Part shown: in pieces, positions 19,035 through 28,289 of the stretch
Position numbering within the stretch: the stretch's first letter is position 1
How the letters are laid out: every line of letters begins with the position of its first letter
Source of the DNA: Longimicrobiales bacterium
GTDB taxonomy: Bacteria > Gemmatimonadota > Gemmatimonadetes > Longimicrobiales > Gaopeijiaceae
DNA: 64,000 nt
Assembly: GCA_965219445.1 (NCBI GenBank)
Contig: CBDCNQ010000001.1
Coordinates: 240,754 to 304,753 of the forward strand
Direction: 5' to 3'
Position numbers and translations under genes: made by a program
Notes under the pieces: model-generated
The model's database searches: none
Told to the model about the DNA's origin: nothing
The model's input: the letters and a program-made list of their open reading frames with translations, nothing else

Positions 19035-21322
19035 ACGAGACCCCTCTTCCGCCTGTAGACCCATTCGGCCGCCATCAAGCCCAGGACCAGAAGTAGCAGG
19101 ATCGGCATGTCCCAGAGATCCCTCTCCTCGGTGAGCGTGACCCCGGCTCCGGTCAGACCGAGGTCCTCCGGAAGGGTCGCCACGTTATCCGGTGTGTAGA
19201 ACAGTCCTCCGGTCTGGTCGGCAACCCGGCTCAACGTAGTTCCCCGCATGCTCGCGTCGAAGTACTCGTCATCCGAGGGCGCCACATTTACGTAGGTGAC
19301 GGCTGTTCCGATGGTGTCTCCAGCGCGGGTGGCGCGTACGGAGACCTCGTACAGCCCCGGTCCGGCCGTCGGAAATCCACCGTCGTAGTGCCCGTCCTGC
19401 TCTACATCCCAGTCCAGGGGGACCGTCGTGGAATCGCCGGACGGATAATATACCACGGCGACGACGTTCCCGTTGTTCACCTCCGCATACGCTGAGTCTC
19501 CGACCTCGACCGCAAGATTCACGGGTTGCCCCGGCTCCACCACTTCACGCTCGCTTTGGGCCTCGACCTGGTCAGGCACACCGTCCGCCAGCCAGCGGAG
19601 AAGTTGGCGCCAGAACGTCTCGTGGGTCTGGTCTTCGAGCGGGATGTCGGCGTGCATCTGCCAAGTCCACGAATCCTGGATCGGCAGTGCGATCACCTTG
19701 CCACGGCCATACCGATGGAAGGCGAGAACGACTTGGCGATCACGGTCGTCCTCCGAGCCCCCGGTAAGGAGGCCGGTCGCGCCGGGCTTGAGACGCGTGA
19801 TGGGATTCAGGGTCGTCACGGGCGGAAGGGATTCCCACCGTTCCAGGACCGCCTCGCTGTCTTCCTGTCCCAGTTGCGTGGTGGGATGAGTGAGACCCGT
19901 TCGCGTAGGAGTGATGAAGAGTTCGGTGGAGTAGGGCTCGGCCCCAGTGCTCAGTTCGTCGTCCATGAACACGGGTAGAGCCTCCGCCAAGCGGGTGCCT
20001 TGATAGCTCCCCTCCGCGAACGCGTTCCGGCCACCAAGGACCAAGAGGCCACCGCCCCGCTGGGACACGAAATCCGCGATCATGTCGAGTTGATCATGCG
20101 TGAAAAAGCTCGCCTCCACGCTCCCGAGGATCAGCGCCCGGTAGCGAAACAGCTCTTCCCGCGTCTTCGGAAAACCGGCGGCGAGTTCCTCGGCGTCGTC
20201 CACGTCCAGGCGGAGGAATTTGCTTTCTGCCGTGCGTTGAAGAACCACGACCTGGAGGTTCTCGTCCTCGGACACCGCACGGCGTAGGAACTTGACCTCC
20301 CAGCGAGGCTCCCCCTCGAAGTAGAGGATCTTTTCGGCCTCATTCACGACGTCCACCAAGACGTCCCGGACGTTGTTCTCGGGTACCCGCTCTCTCTCCT
20401 GCGGAGAGACTCGGAATCGGAGCAGACGCGGTCCCGGGTCCTCGGCCTCGATCCGGACCCTGGCGACCACGGGCTCGCCATCGCGCTCGAAGGTCACGTC
20501 CTCCGAGGCCAGAAGCACACCCGCGTCTTCCACCAGGAGTTGGACCGTCCGCCCTGAGTATCCACGGTGGGACACGACGACGTCGACCACCAATGACGTT
20601 CCGACGAGGACCGTCCGCGGCATCTCCACACGGCTGATTTGCACGTCCGGTGACAGGTCCTCCTCGCCCAGGCCCACCGTATAGACGGGAACGCCCGCGG
20701 CCTGGAGCGGGAGGAGCGACTCGGCCAGGGCCGCGCCGGAATTGTCGGCGCCGTCAGACACGACAACCAAGCCTGAGACCGGCACGCCGGCCAACTCCTC
20801 TTGAGCCCGCACCATCGCGTTGCCGAGGTCTGTTGCGGTGCCCGAGTAGGATAGATCGTCCATGGTGTTGAGGCGGCTCGCTTCACGGCTGAACCGGAAG
20901 AAACGGAGCGTGAATTTTTCCGACAGAGCGGTCAGAAGTTCGCTACCCTCACTTCCGAAGGTCGACCGGACGAAATCGCTTCTGGCCACGCCGTCTTCGT
21001 CCGCAATCCGCATGCTCTGCGAGTCGTCGATCAAAATGCCGACGAAGTTCCTTTGTGGGACGACCGAAGTGAGTATGAGCGTGGGCTGGAAGAGAATGAA
21101 CACGAGCACGGCGACCAAGCCGAGCCGTATCGCAGCCATCACGGCCCGGTCCATTCGGTGGCTGTCTCCTCTGGCAGCACCATACGTGACCAGGGCGGGA
21201 ATGGTCACCAGCGCCACGCCACCGAGAGTGAGCAGAGCCGGCCAGGGTGAGGCAAACGTGAAATCCCCCTCCTGAAAAAGGAGAAGCCTGTACTTGAACA
21301 GGAACTCGAAGATCGACTCCAT
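19031..21322 (-). CDS. Membrane protein with vWA and class-I glutamine-amidotransferase-like domains
   Basis: Two N-terminal TMs, MIDAS DDSQS, SDG.DN, EGEPRWEVKFLRR, FVSQRGGGLL, YGRGKV, C-terminal TM with EW.YRR. Confidence 0.8.
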   Translation of the reverse strand: MESIFEFLFKYRLLLFQEGDFTFASPWPALLTLGGVALVTIPALVTYGAARGDSHRMDRAVMAAIRLGLVAVLVFILFQPTLILTSVVPQRNFVGILIDDSQSMRIADEDGVARSDFVRSTFGSEGSELLTALSEKFTLRFFRFSREASRLNTMDDLSYSGTATDLGNAMVRAQEELAGVPVSGLVVVSDGADNSGAALAESLLPLQAAGVPVYTVGLGEEDLSPDVQISRVEMPRTVLVGTSLVVDVVVSHRGYSGRTVQLLVEDAGVLLASEDVTFERDGEPVVARVRIEAEDPGPRLLRFRVSPQERERVPENNVRDVLVDVVNEAEKILYFEGEPRWEVKFLRRAVSEDENLQVVVLQRTAESKFLRLDVDDAEELAAGFPKTREELFRYRALILGSVEASFFTHDQLDMIADFVSQRGGGLLVLGGRNAFAEGSYQGTRLAEALPVFMDDELSTGAEPYSTELFITPTRTGLTHPTTQLGQEDSEAVLERWESLPPVTTLNPITRLKPGATGLLTGGSEDDRDRQVVLAFHRYGRGKVIALPIQDSWTWQMHADIPLEDQTHETFWRQLLRWLADGVPDQVEAQSEREVVEPGQPVNLAVEVGDSAYAEVNNGNVVAVVYYPSGDSTTVPLDWDVEQDGHYDGGFPTAGPGLYEVSVRATRAGDTIGTAVTYVNVAPSDDEYFDASMRGTTLSRVADQTGGLFYTPDNVATLPEDLGLTGAGVTLTEERDLWDMPILLLLVLGLMAAEWVYRRKRGLV

Positions 21323-21341
21323 CAGCGTGGACCCTCGGTCA

Positions 21342-22211
21342 TCAGTGGCTCATCGCATAGACAATAAAGTTAACGCCCATCTCGTAGGCGTACGTCGAAT
21401 ATTTTAGAGGATACCGGGGGTTGTCCGCCCACTCCCAGGCATCGCCCAGGTCGGTGTTGAAGTTGATGATGACCATGAGGCGGCCTTTATCGTCGTGGAT
21501 CCCCCTAACCACGGGAAAGCACCTTACGCGGCATTCCCAGGTCGGACCCCCGTAAACACCGTTGCCCACGTTCGGTACCTGGAGAATCTCCTCGATTTCA
21601 TAGAACGTCGTGAAAATCGGATGGTCGAGTGTCAGGTCGACGATTTCGTACTCGGGGAGAACCTGTCGGATCTCGTACTCGAAGTTTTGCCACTCCCGGG
21701 GGCCCCAGAAGTCGTCGATGACCAAGAACCCGCCCGCGAGCAGGTAGTTTCGAAGTCCCTCGATTTCGGGTGGGCTGAGCGACATCCTTCCCACTTCGAG
21801 CGCATACAAGAAGGGGTAACTCCTTATGTCGGGCTCGGGGAGCTGCACCACGAATTCCCGTTCATAGGCATCGAGGTTCGGGAGCAGCCGATCGATGAAC
21901 GAGAGGAAGATCTGGTCCGCCCTCGGAAAATCGGTCCTCCAGGATCTCCCTCTGCCACGGAACCCGCCGTACCCACGGTAGGCGACACGAGAAAAGTAGA
22001 ACTCACGCGGGACGCCGCTGGTTTGGATTTGGAGCGCGCCGTAGGGGCCCTCGCTCCGGACCCGGATTTCATCGGAGGTCCGAGGCTCACCGAGGGCAGA
22101 AAGAGTCCCTGGCTGTGGGTCGGTGTTCGTGGTGGCGTCCGTCGTCACCGGTGGGGAGCCGAGCAAGACGATCAGTGCGACTAAACCCACACAGGACCAT
22201 AGTGCTCGCAC
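21342..22211 (-). CDS. DUF4159 domain exported protein (paralog A)
   Basis: W.TDFPRAD, LRNYLLAGGFLVIDDFWG, NTDLGDAWEW, GVNFIVYAMSH; GTG 22211 after GGAG. Confidence 0.85.
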   Translation of the reverse strand: MRALWSCVGLVALIVLLGSPPVTTDATTNTDPQPGTLSALGEPRTSDEIRVRSEGPYGALQIQTSGVPREFYFSRVAYRGYGGFRGRGRSWRTDFPRADQIFLSFIDRLLPNLDAYEREFVVQLPEPDIRSYPFLYALEVGRMSLSPPEIEGLRNYLLAGGFLVIDDFWGPREWQNFEYEIRQVLPEYEIVDLTLDHPIFTTFYEIEEILQVPNVGNGVYGGPTWECRVRCFPVVRGIHDDKGRLMVIINFNTDLGDAWEWADNPRYPLKYSTYAYEMGVNFIVYAMSH

Positions 22212-22680
22212 GATACGCTCCAGTCCCTCGTCGGTGAAATTTTCTTCCAGCGTACCGGGCCGAACGGGTAGCCGCGACCCCCTTGACCAGCCAGGCATAT
22301 CGATACGTCCCTGGGACGAGAAAGGTCCCTCCCACCCGGCGTGCGTCCGGTGGCCGACGACCCGGTGAAGCAAAAGACCTAATAGGTTCGTAGGGTATCC
22401 CGCAATGACGAAAACGACGTGTACCTTGCATCGAGGAATGGACATGGATCCCTTGACAAGAATCTCAGTCCGTGATTTCGCCATTTTTCAGCTCAAGTTG
22501 CTGTAATTCGGGTCCTACAGAAAATTAGCCGCCGCCTTCATTCGCCTGCACTTCTGTCGGGGTCATGGGTACAGCATGATGCGCCCCGGCCGGGTGGCTC
22601 GACCACGCTATTCCCTCTAGTGTCGTGAGTCACGAATTCCGGCTCGCTTCTGATTCAGAACACAAGTGTGAGGTCACAAC

Positions 22681-23184
22681 ATGAACGCTGCGGTACAGGA
22701 TGCCTTCAACGAACAGATTAAGAATGAACTGTCTTCTGGCTATCTATACCTCTCCATGTCCGCTCATTTCGATCAAGAGAATTTTGAGGGGTTCGCCCAT
22801 TGGATGCGGCTGCAAGCCCAGGAGGAACTCGCCCACGCGATGCGCTTGTTCGACTATGTGCTCCGAAGGGGAGGCCGGGTCGAACTGCACGGCATCGAAT
22901 CTCCCACGGCGGATTTTGGAAGGCCACTCTCCATCTTCGAGAGCGTGCTGGAACATGAGCGGGCGGTGACCGGCATGATACACGGGCTGTTCGAACTCTC
23001 CGGGAAGGAGGGCGACGCGGCGGCGCAACAAGAACTCCAGTGGTTTATCGCTGAACAGGTTGAGGAAGAGGACCAGGCCTCGACGGCCCGGGACCGGGTG
23101 CGCATGGCCGGTAAAGACCAGGCCGCTCTGCTGATGTTGGACCAGCTGTTCGGTAGCCGTACTGCGGATCCAGGGGACACCTGA
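22681..23184 (+). CDS. ftnA: Non-heme ferritin
   Basis: NEQI.NEL.S.Y.YLSMS, GFAHW, EE..HA, EHE, LQWF..EQVEEE ferroxidase pattern; GAGG RBS. Confidence 0.93.
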   Translation: MNAAVQDAFNEQIKNELSSGYLYLSMSAHFDQENFEGFAHWMRLQAQEELAHAMRLFDYVLRRGGRVELHGIESPTADFGRPLSIFESVLEHERAVTGMIHGLFELSGKEGDAAAQQELQWFIAEQVEEEDQASTARDRVRMAGKDQAALLMLDQLFGSRTADPGDT

Positions 23185-23195
23185 TCGGGGTCATT

Positions 23196-23243
23196 GGCCG
23201 CTATGCAGAGTTGTTCAAGCTCCAGGCGGCAGGGTACCGATAA
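23196..23243 (+). pseudogene. 15-codon 3' remnant of an ABC exporter gene
   Basis: Translates as GRYAELFKLQAAGYR*, a characteristic ABC-exporter C-terminus; there is no upstream coding region. Confidence 0.6.
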
Positions 23244-23431
23244 CCGGCCCTGGGCGGACGTCGCCACCGCTCCGGCGGGGAACGTTTCCTCCCGACGCGC
23301 GGGGTCTGCGCGTAAAGGCCTTCGAAGAGATCGAACAACGCCGGGTGTGTCACATCGTTACAATTGTAGACCAGGCGCAACAAATCTTTACGTTATCGTG
23401 ATATCTGTAATATTATGACACACTCCTCGCA

Positions 23432-23905
23432 CTATTTGGTGCTTGTGATGCGCACGCCCTCCATGACCACCGGCTCGAGCGGGCGGTCTCCGGAACCGGC
23501 CGCCGTGCTGCCGATCGTACGGACAGTCTCTATGCCTTCGATCACTTTACCGAACACCGCGTGCTTACCGTCCAGCCAAGCGGTCGCGGCGAGTGTCACG
23601 AAGAACTGGGATCCACCGGAATTCGGCCCGGAATTTGCCATGGAAAGAACACCCTCCGAGTCGTGCGTCAGCTCGTCGTGGAATTCGTCGGGAATCGTGT
23701 AACCAGGTCCACCGGTGCCGTCTCCTTTGGGACAGCCCCCCTGGATCATGAAGCCTTCGATGACGCGGTGGAAGACGATTCCGTCGTAGTAGCCCTTCTC
23801 GACAAGGTCGATAAAGTTCTTCGTCGTTTGGGGAGCCCGATCCTCGAAGAGCTCAATTTGGAAAGAGCCGAGGTTCGTGGTGACGTGCGCTGTTCGGTTT
23901 GCCAT
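23432..23905 (-). CDS. Cyclophilin-type peptidyl-prolyl isomerase
   Basis: [42 protein letters not shown]. Confidence 0.95.
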   Translation of the reverse strand: MANRTAHVTTNLGSFQIELFEDRAPQTTKNFIDLVEKGYYDGIVFHRVIEGFMIQGGCPKGDGTGGPGYTIPDEFHDELTHDSEGVLSMANSGPNSGGSQFFVTLAATAWLDGKHAVFGKVIEGIETVRTIGSTAAGSGDRPLEPVVMEGVRITSTK

Positions 23906-24018
23906 GGGATTCCTTGGCTTGAGGACTCGGCGAGGAGGCGGGCCCGCCTCGACCGGAGTCCGGATAATCCGTAGAGAACCGAGTTCCGTCCAGTGTGGGG
24001 GCTAGTCTTCTTTAGGGG

Positions 24019-24243
24019 CTAGCCTTCCCTACGAGGAGGAGCTTTGGGTCGATCCATCACGAGCCCAGGCCCGCAAGCGGTGCAGATGAGCCAGAGTCTC
24101 TTTCTCACATAGGGGACATCATTTCGTGGAGGGACGTCGGTACGATCGAAGGGCGCTCCGCACCGAGGACAAGAAAGCTCGGACCCATCGGCAAGAGCGG
24201 CTCGGACGCGTTCGATTTCATGGGGTTCGAATGGTTCAGCCAT
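24019..24243 (-). CDS. Small zinc-ribbon protein
   Basis: CPRC and CTAC pairs in 74 aa; GAGG upstream. Confidence 0.65.
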   Translation of the reverse strand: MAEPFEPHEIERVRAALADGSELSCPRCGAPFDRTDVPPRNDVPYVRKRLWLICTACGPGLVMDRPKAPPRREG

Positions 24244-24529
24244 ATGAACGGGCCTCTCGAGTTTGTTCGAGCTAGCCGAATGATCCCCCCTCGGCTCGAC
24301 AGGAGTCTGACGTTACCGACGGTTCTTTCCCGGTGCCAGGCTTCCAGCGGTCGTACTGTTCTGTTCGGTTCTGTCCACTCTCCCTGACTTCGACAACCTT
24401 ATGGACCAGGGGCGGGTCTTCCCATACAAGCGACAATGGCTCGGGAAGAGGCGAGTACGCATCGTTGCTCCATGGTTGGGCGCATGCTATCGTCCAAAGC
24501 AGTCGCAACGGATTCAACGCGAGAGGCGA

Positions 24530-24745
24530 GTGGCAAAAGAAGCGATTGAAATCGAGGGATTGGTCAGCGAGGTCCTTCCCAACGCTCGATTCCGAGTGGA
24601 GCTGGAGAACGGACACGAGGTCCTGGCGTATCTCTCCGGAAAGATGCGGCAGCACTACATTCGGGTGCTCGAGGGAGATCGGGTGAAGGTGGAGTTGTCG
24701 CCCTACGATCTCAGTAAAGGCCGCGTAACCTACCGCTACAAGTAG
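24530..24745 (+). CDS. infA: Translation initiation factor IF-1
   Basis: [37 protein letters not shown]...[17 protein letters not shown] start after GAGG. Confidence 0.97.
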   Translation: MAKEAIEIEGLVSEVLPNARFRVELENGHEVLAYLSGKMRQHYIRVLEGDRVKVELSPYDLSKGRVTYRYK

Positions 24746-25062
24746 GCCTACCAGATTGCCCGCAGGCGCGTCTTTTTCTGACGTCATTCAGGTCGAACTC
24801 CAAGATGAATGATGTGATCAGCGCGAACCACACGCCGAGCCCGGTGATGCCCGCCGCCAGAAGGACCATCGTAAAGTCCCGGCCAAGCTCGGAAAGTGGG
24901 TGGACCTCCTGGAAACCCACCGCGGTGAACGTGATCACCGTCATGTATACGGCGTCCCGCCACGCCCAGCCCTGGATCACCACATAACCCAAGGCCCCAA
25001 CGACGGTCAGAGCAACGAGATAGGCGATCGCACCCAAGAATCGGGGAATGAATACGCGCATC
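24711..25062 (-). pseudogene. Truncated 2-TM potassium channel (pore region only, RCK domain absent)
   Basis: TM1, W.DAVYMTVITFTAVGF.EV.PLS pore loop, TM2; similarity ends at ~24770 and the frame runs into infA. Confidence 0.65.
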
Positions 25063-25334
25063 GCTCGATGACTTCTCCAGGTGAAGCCGACTTCGGGCGA
25101 AAAGAACCCCTCTCCCACGGGAACCTAGGCAGGACGCGGGTTTTCGGCCAATAAGTCACTTGACGCTCCGGTGGACGGGCCTTACCGTTGTCTTGACGGA
25201 TGCTTGCCGGAACCGATGCGGTCCGATGTTGGTCCGAATACGGTGCGTGAAGGGCCCGACACGCACGAGCTGGGACCGAAACGGAGGACGGCCGGCAGAG
25301 GCAAGAGGCATCACCCCCTTTTGAGGAGCAACAA

Positions 25335-25616
25335 ATGAACAAATCCGATCTAGTAGACTCCCTTGCCGACAGCGCTGGCATGACCAAGGCCGATGCATCT
25401 CGGGCCCTTGACGCACTGTTCGGTTCCAGAGGTGTCATCGCTCGCGCTTTAAGGGCCGACCAGCGTGTGCAGATCACTGGCTTTGGGACGTTTGAAGCGA
25501 AACATCGCAAGGCTCGCATGGGCCGGAATCCTCGTACTGGCGCCACGATTCACATCGCGGCGTCGAAGACTCCCGGGTTCCGGGCTGGTAAGGGCTTCAA
25601 GGACGCCATCCAGTAG
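25335..25616 (+). CDS. hup: HU DNA-binding protein
   Basis: MNKSDLV, GFGTF, R.GRNPRTG..I.I.A...P.FRAGK; GAGGAG RBS; carries a short insertion (FGSRG). Confidence 0.96.
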   Translation: MNKSDLVDSLADSAGMTKADASRALDALFGSRGVIARALRADQRVQITGFGTFEAKHRKARMGRNPRTGATIHIAASKTPGFRAGKGFKDAIQ

Positions 25617-25657
25617 AAAGATTGGGTGGGTAGTCCCCCGAGAAATTAGGATCGGAT

Positions 25658-25692
25658 AGAGGCCACGCCCTCGGGCGTGGCCTCTTCTTATT
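25658..25692. terminator. Rho-independent, probably bidirectional terminator
   Basis: 12-bp stem AGAGGCCACGCC/GGCGTGGCCTCT followed by TCTTATTT, between convergent genes. Confidence 0.8.
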
Positions 25693-27268
25693 TGTACCCT
25701 TTCCGGCTGCGCTGACCTCGCTGCGGTCGATTTTCTCCCGTCGTGGCCTCGCTGCCGCGGTCGTAGTCCACTCTCGCACTCCGGCCTCGGATGCTCGAGC
25801 CGTTCACGGCCTTGATGACCCTCTCTGCGTCGGAGGGACGGACCTCTACCAGGGAGTATGTATCACGTATTTCGATCTTTCCGAACGAGGAGCCGTCCAC
25901 CCCCGACTCTCCGGCGAGCGCGCCAAGCAGGTCGCGGGGCTTCACACCGTCCATCTCACCGATGCTCACGAAGAGACGAGTCCAGCCGTCGGCTCGGGTC
26001 GCCTTTTCGGCACGGGCGGCCACGCTCGGGCGTGCGGCGGCATCGGCTGGTCGTGGAACGAGTAGCGCGAGAGCGGCCGCGGCGAGTTCCTGAGGGCTGA
26101 ACCGCTCCAGCAGAGGCTCCAGGATCAGGTAGAGAGGGGCGAGATCCCCACGGGCGGCTGACTCTTCAAGGCGACTACGGATTTCGCCGATGCTGTCCTC
26201 GACCACCGACTCGGGTGGAGGTAGGGGTCGTACGCGGTAACCGGTGCGGCGGGCCGTGTCTCTGAAGTGGGGAACCTCACGGGGAAGCAGTAACACCGTG
26301 GCCTGTCCTCCGGCACCATGGCGGCGGTCCATCGTGTCCGCATCCGCGGGGCAGTCCAAGCTCACGGTGGCCACCTCGGTTGGAGAGGCGCTTTCGTTGA
26401 GAGCTTCTCGGGCCGAAAGGGCGTCCACTCCTAACCAGACGGGTGCCGTTTCATCCCCCGGAGCGCCCGCCATGAAGCCGTGAAGGGTCAGGTAGTCTCC
26501 TACGTCGGCCGCTCGGTCCGCGGAACGGCAGAACAGGAGCACATGGCGTGCGTCGTGGTCGAGAAGTTCGGAAACGAGCGGAGCCAACGCCTCCACTTTG
26601 TCCTCTCCGGTGATGCGGAAGCGTAGCTCCCCTCGTTCCGGTGGCTTCTCGGCTTTGCCCGCTATGGCTGGGGCGGCTGGTACACGGACCGCCTTCGCCA
26701 CGTGTGTGTCCACTAGGGCCACGGTTGATTCACTCACCGGCTGGCTCAATACGACGCGCTGGGCCCCGGCATTCACATACTCGAACAAGGCTCCCAGGGT
26801 ATCGAGGCCTGAAATGGTCTCGATCGCGCTGACACCATCCACAACCAAGACTTCGACCCCCTCCAGCGTGAGACTCGATCCATCGACCGCCGATTTCACT
26901 GCGCTTGGCGTCGCGAAGAGCACATCACATCGCTCGGGCAAGAGCCACGCTCCACCCAATGCTCCCACCGAATGGCCAGTGGCGGCCGCGAGGCGTCCCA
27001 GTGACTCAGCGAGGCCGGTTGCAGCGGCGGCCGTCGGCACGAGAACGAGTGCTCCGGCCCGGCCGCCTTGGGAGTCTGTTCTCTCCAATATCGCCGTCCC
27101 ATACGCCAACAGCGTTCCGGCTCCCGGGCCGACGGCCGCGAGGACGTTGTTGCCTCGCCGGAGGAGTGGGATCGCCGCCCGCTGGAACTCGGTGGGTTCC
27201 TCGAAGCCCTCGGCGGAAAGTGCCTCGGTCATCTCAGCGGGTAAACCGAGATCGTCGAAAGACTGCAT
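25688..27268 (-). CDS. Degenerate DEAD-box-fold protein with C-terminal DbpA RNA-binding domain
   Basis: MQSFDDLGL and Q-motif PTEFQ present, catalytic motifs degenerate; DbpA-like RLFVSIG..DG..P.DLLGA..GKIEIRDTYS.VEV. Confidence 0.8.
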   Translation of the reverse strand: MQSFDDLGLPAEMTEALSAEGFEEPTEFQRAAIPLLRRGNNVLAAVGPGAGTLLAYGTAILERTDSQGGRAGALVLVPTAAAATGLAESLGRLAAATGHSVGALGGAWLLPERCDVLFATPSAVKSAVDGSSLTLEGVEVLVVDGVSAIETISGLDTLGALFEYVNAGAQRVVLSQPVSESTVALVDTHVAKAVRVPAAPAIAGKAEKPPERGELRFRITGEDKVEALAPLVSELLDHDARHVLLFCRSADRAADVGDYLTLHGFMAGAPGDETAPVWLGVDALSAREALNESASPTEVATVSLDCPADADTMDRRHGAGGQATVLLLPREVPHFRDTARRTGYRVRPLPPPESVVEDSIGEIRSRLEESAARGDLAPLYLILEPLLERFSPQELAAAALALLVPRPADAAARPSVAARAEKATRADGWTRLFVSIGEMDGVKPRDLLGALAGESGVDGSSFGKIEIRDTYSLVEVRPSDAERVIKAVNGSSIRGRSARVDYDRGSEATTGENRPQRGQRSRKGYK

Positions 27269-27570
27269 CACGAAGGGTCCCCGGAGCCTCGTCCGCCGGT
27301 ATCTCCCGGCTCGTAGGGAAGCTCTGCGAGGAACTTCTGGATTTCGTAGTCGAGACGTGAGGTCCGGAGCCGGTCGCTGGAGGCCACAACGTTCGTGTAC
27401 GGACCATGCCGGTGTGCGTTGAGGGTCACCGTGCCTTCCTCGCCCGAGAAGGTTGCCCCGTGGGATGAACTCTTTGTTCTGGTCAGGCCAATCCACTCAG
27501 GAAGCAACTCTTCCGCCTTCGATAGAATATCGGACGGGGAGAGGACAGTCTTTCTCTGATAGCCAGCCAT
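27268..27570 (-). CDS. Hypothetical protein (100 aa)
   Basis: Protein-like composition; TGATG coupling to the downstream gene. Confidence 0.7.
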   Translation of the reverse strand: MAGYQRKTVLSPSDILSKAEELLPEWIGLTRTKSSSHGATFSGEEGTVTLNAHRHGPYTNVVASSDRLRTSRLDYEIQKFLAELPYEPGDTGGRGSGDPS

Positions 27571-27594
27571 TCGGGTGATCTCTCGACTATTCGG

Positions 27595-28182
27595 CTATAT
27601 GAGTCGTGCGTGCTCGAGGAAACGTCGAAGCTCGCCGATCGAACCGGGACCTTCAAGGCTCACGTCACTGGATCGGAGGGTCGGCGCCCGCTGTATCCCT
27701 GCCGCTTCCGCCTCCCTTCGAAGATCCGCGACATGATCCCGATGTTTATCGACATCGAGGACTGCTTTCGATTCGCTCCGGTCGAGCCCGACCTTCTCTG
27801 CGGCTGCGATCAAGACATCGACGCGCCCGATGTCGGCTCCCTCCTGGAAACGGGCCGAGAAAATCTCCTTATGCATCGGCGACCCCAGCCCCTGTTCTAC
27901 GGCGTGCAGGCGTAGTTCGTGTGCCTTCTGGCTCCAGGGAACGAAGCTGGGAAGAACCATCCGGATCTCGGCCTTCCGCGCGAGGCCCTCCACGGTCTCT
28001 CCGTACGCGTTCCAATCCGGGTCCATGCCGTCGATGAGCTCCTGTGGCACCGGGCGCACTTCGAATGGGTGGAGAGTGGGTTCGACTCCGACGGGAAGGA
28101 GTTGGTCCAGCTGCCGGTGCATCAGGTATGATCCCGGGTCGACATAATCGAAATAGAAGACGAGGAAGGGAGCGTCGTTCAT
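27595..28182 (-). CDS. DsbA/FrnE-like thioredoxin-fold protein lacking CxxC
   Basis: FYFDYVDPGSY, PFE.RP, S.KAHE, F.EG.DIG..DVL, GI..APT. Confidence 0.75.
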   Translation of the reverse strand: MNDAPFLVFYFDYVDPGSYLMHRQLDQLLPVGVEPTLHPFEVRPVPQELIDGMDPDWNAYGETVEGLARKAEIRMVLPSFVPWSQKAHELRLHAVEQGLGSPMHKEIFSARFQEGADIGRVDVLIAAAEKVGLDRSESKAVLDVDKHRDHVADLRREAEAAGIQRAPTLRSSDVSLEGPGSIGELRRFLEHARLI

Positions 28183-28289
28183 TCGCGGAAACTGCTCTCC
28201 ACACTCCCTCCGATCAACCTTGCGGATCATGATCCAGGAAACGTCCGGGCTTACTTGATCCGGGTTCTAGGTGATTCGATATTCCCAGC

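Noticed and set aside
22521..22542. Second MntR-type operator upstream of ferritin
   Set aside because: Only the AAAATTAG half-site is present; there is no symmetric arm.
23935..23950. Perfect palindrome GAGGCGGGCCCGCCTC upstream of the cyclophilin gene
   Set aside because: Very GC-rich, single occurrence and no supporting context.
24250..24520. Possible small ORF or RNA gene between the zinc-ribbon gene and infA
   Set aside because: No tRNA-like fold or convincing reading frame; probably a divergent promoter region.
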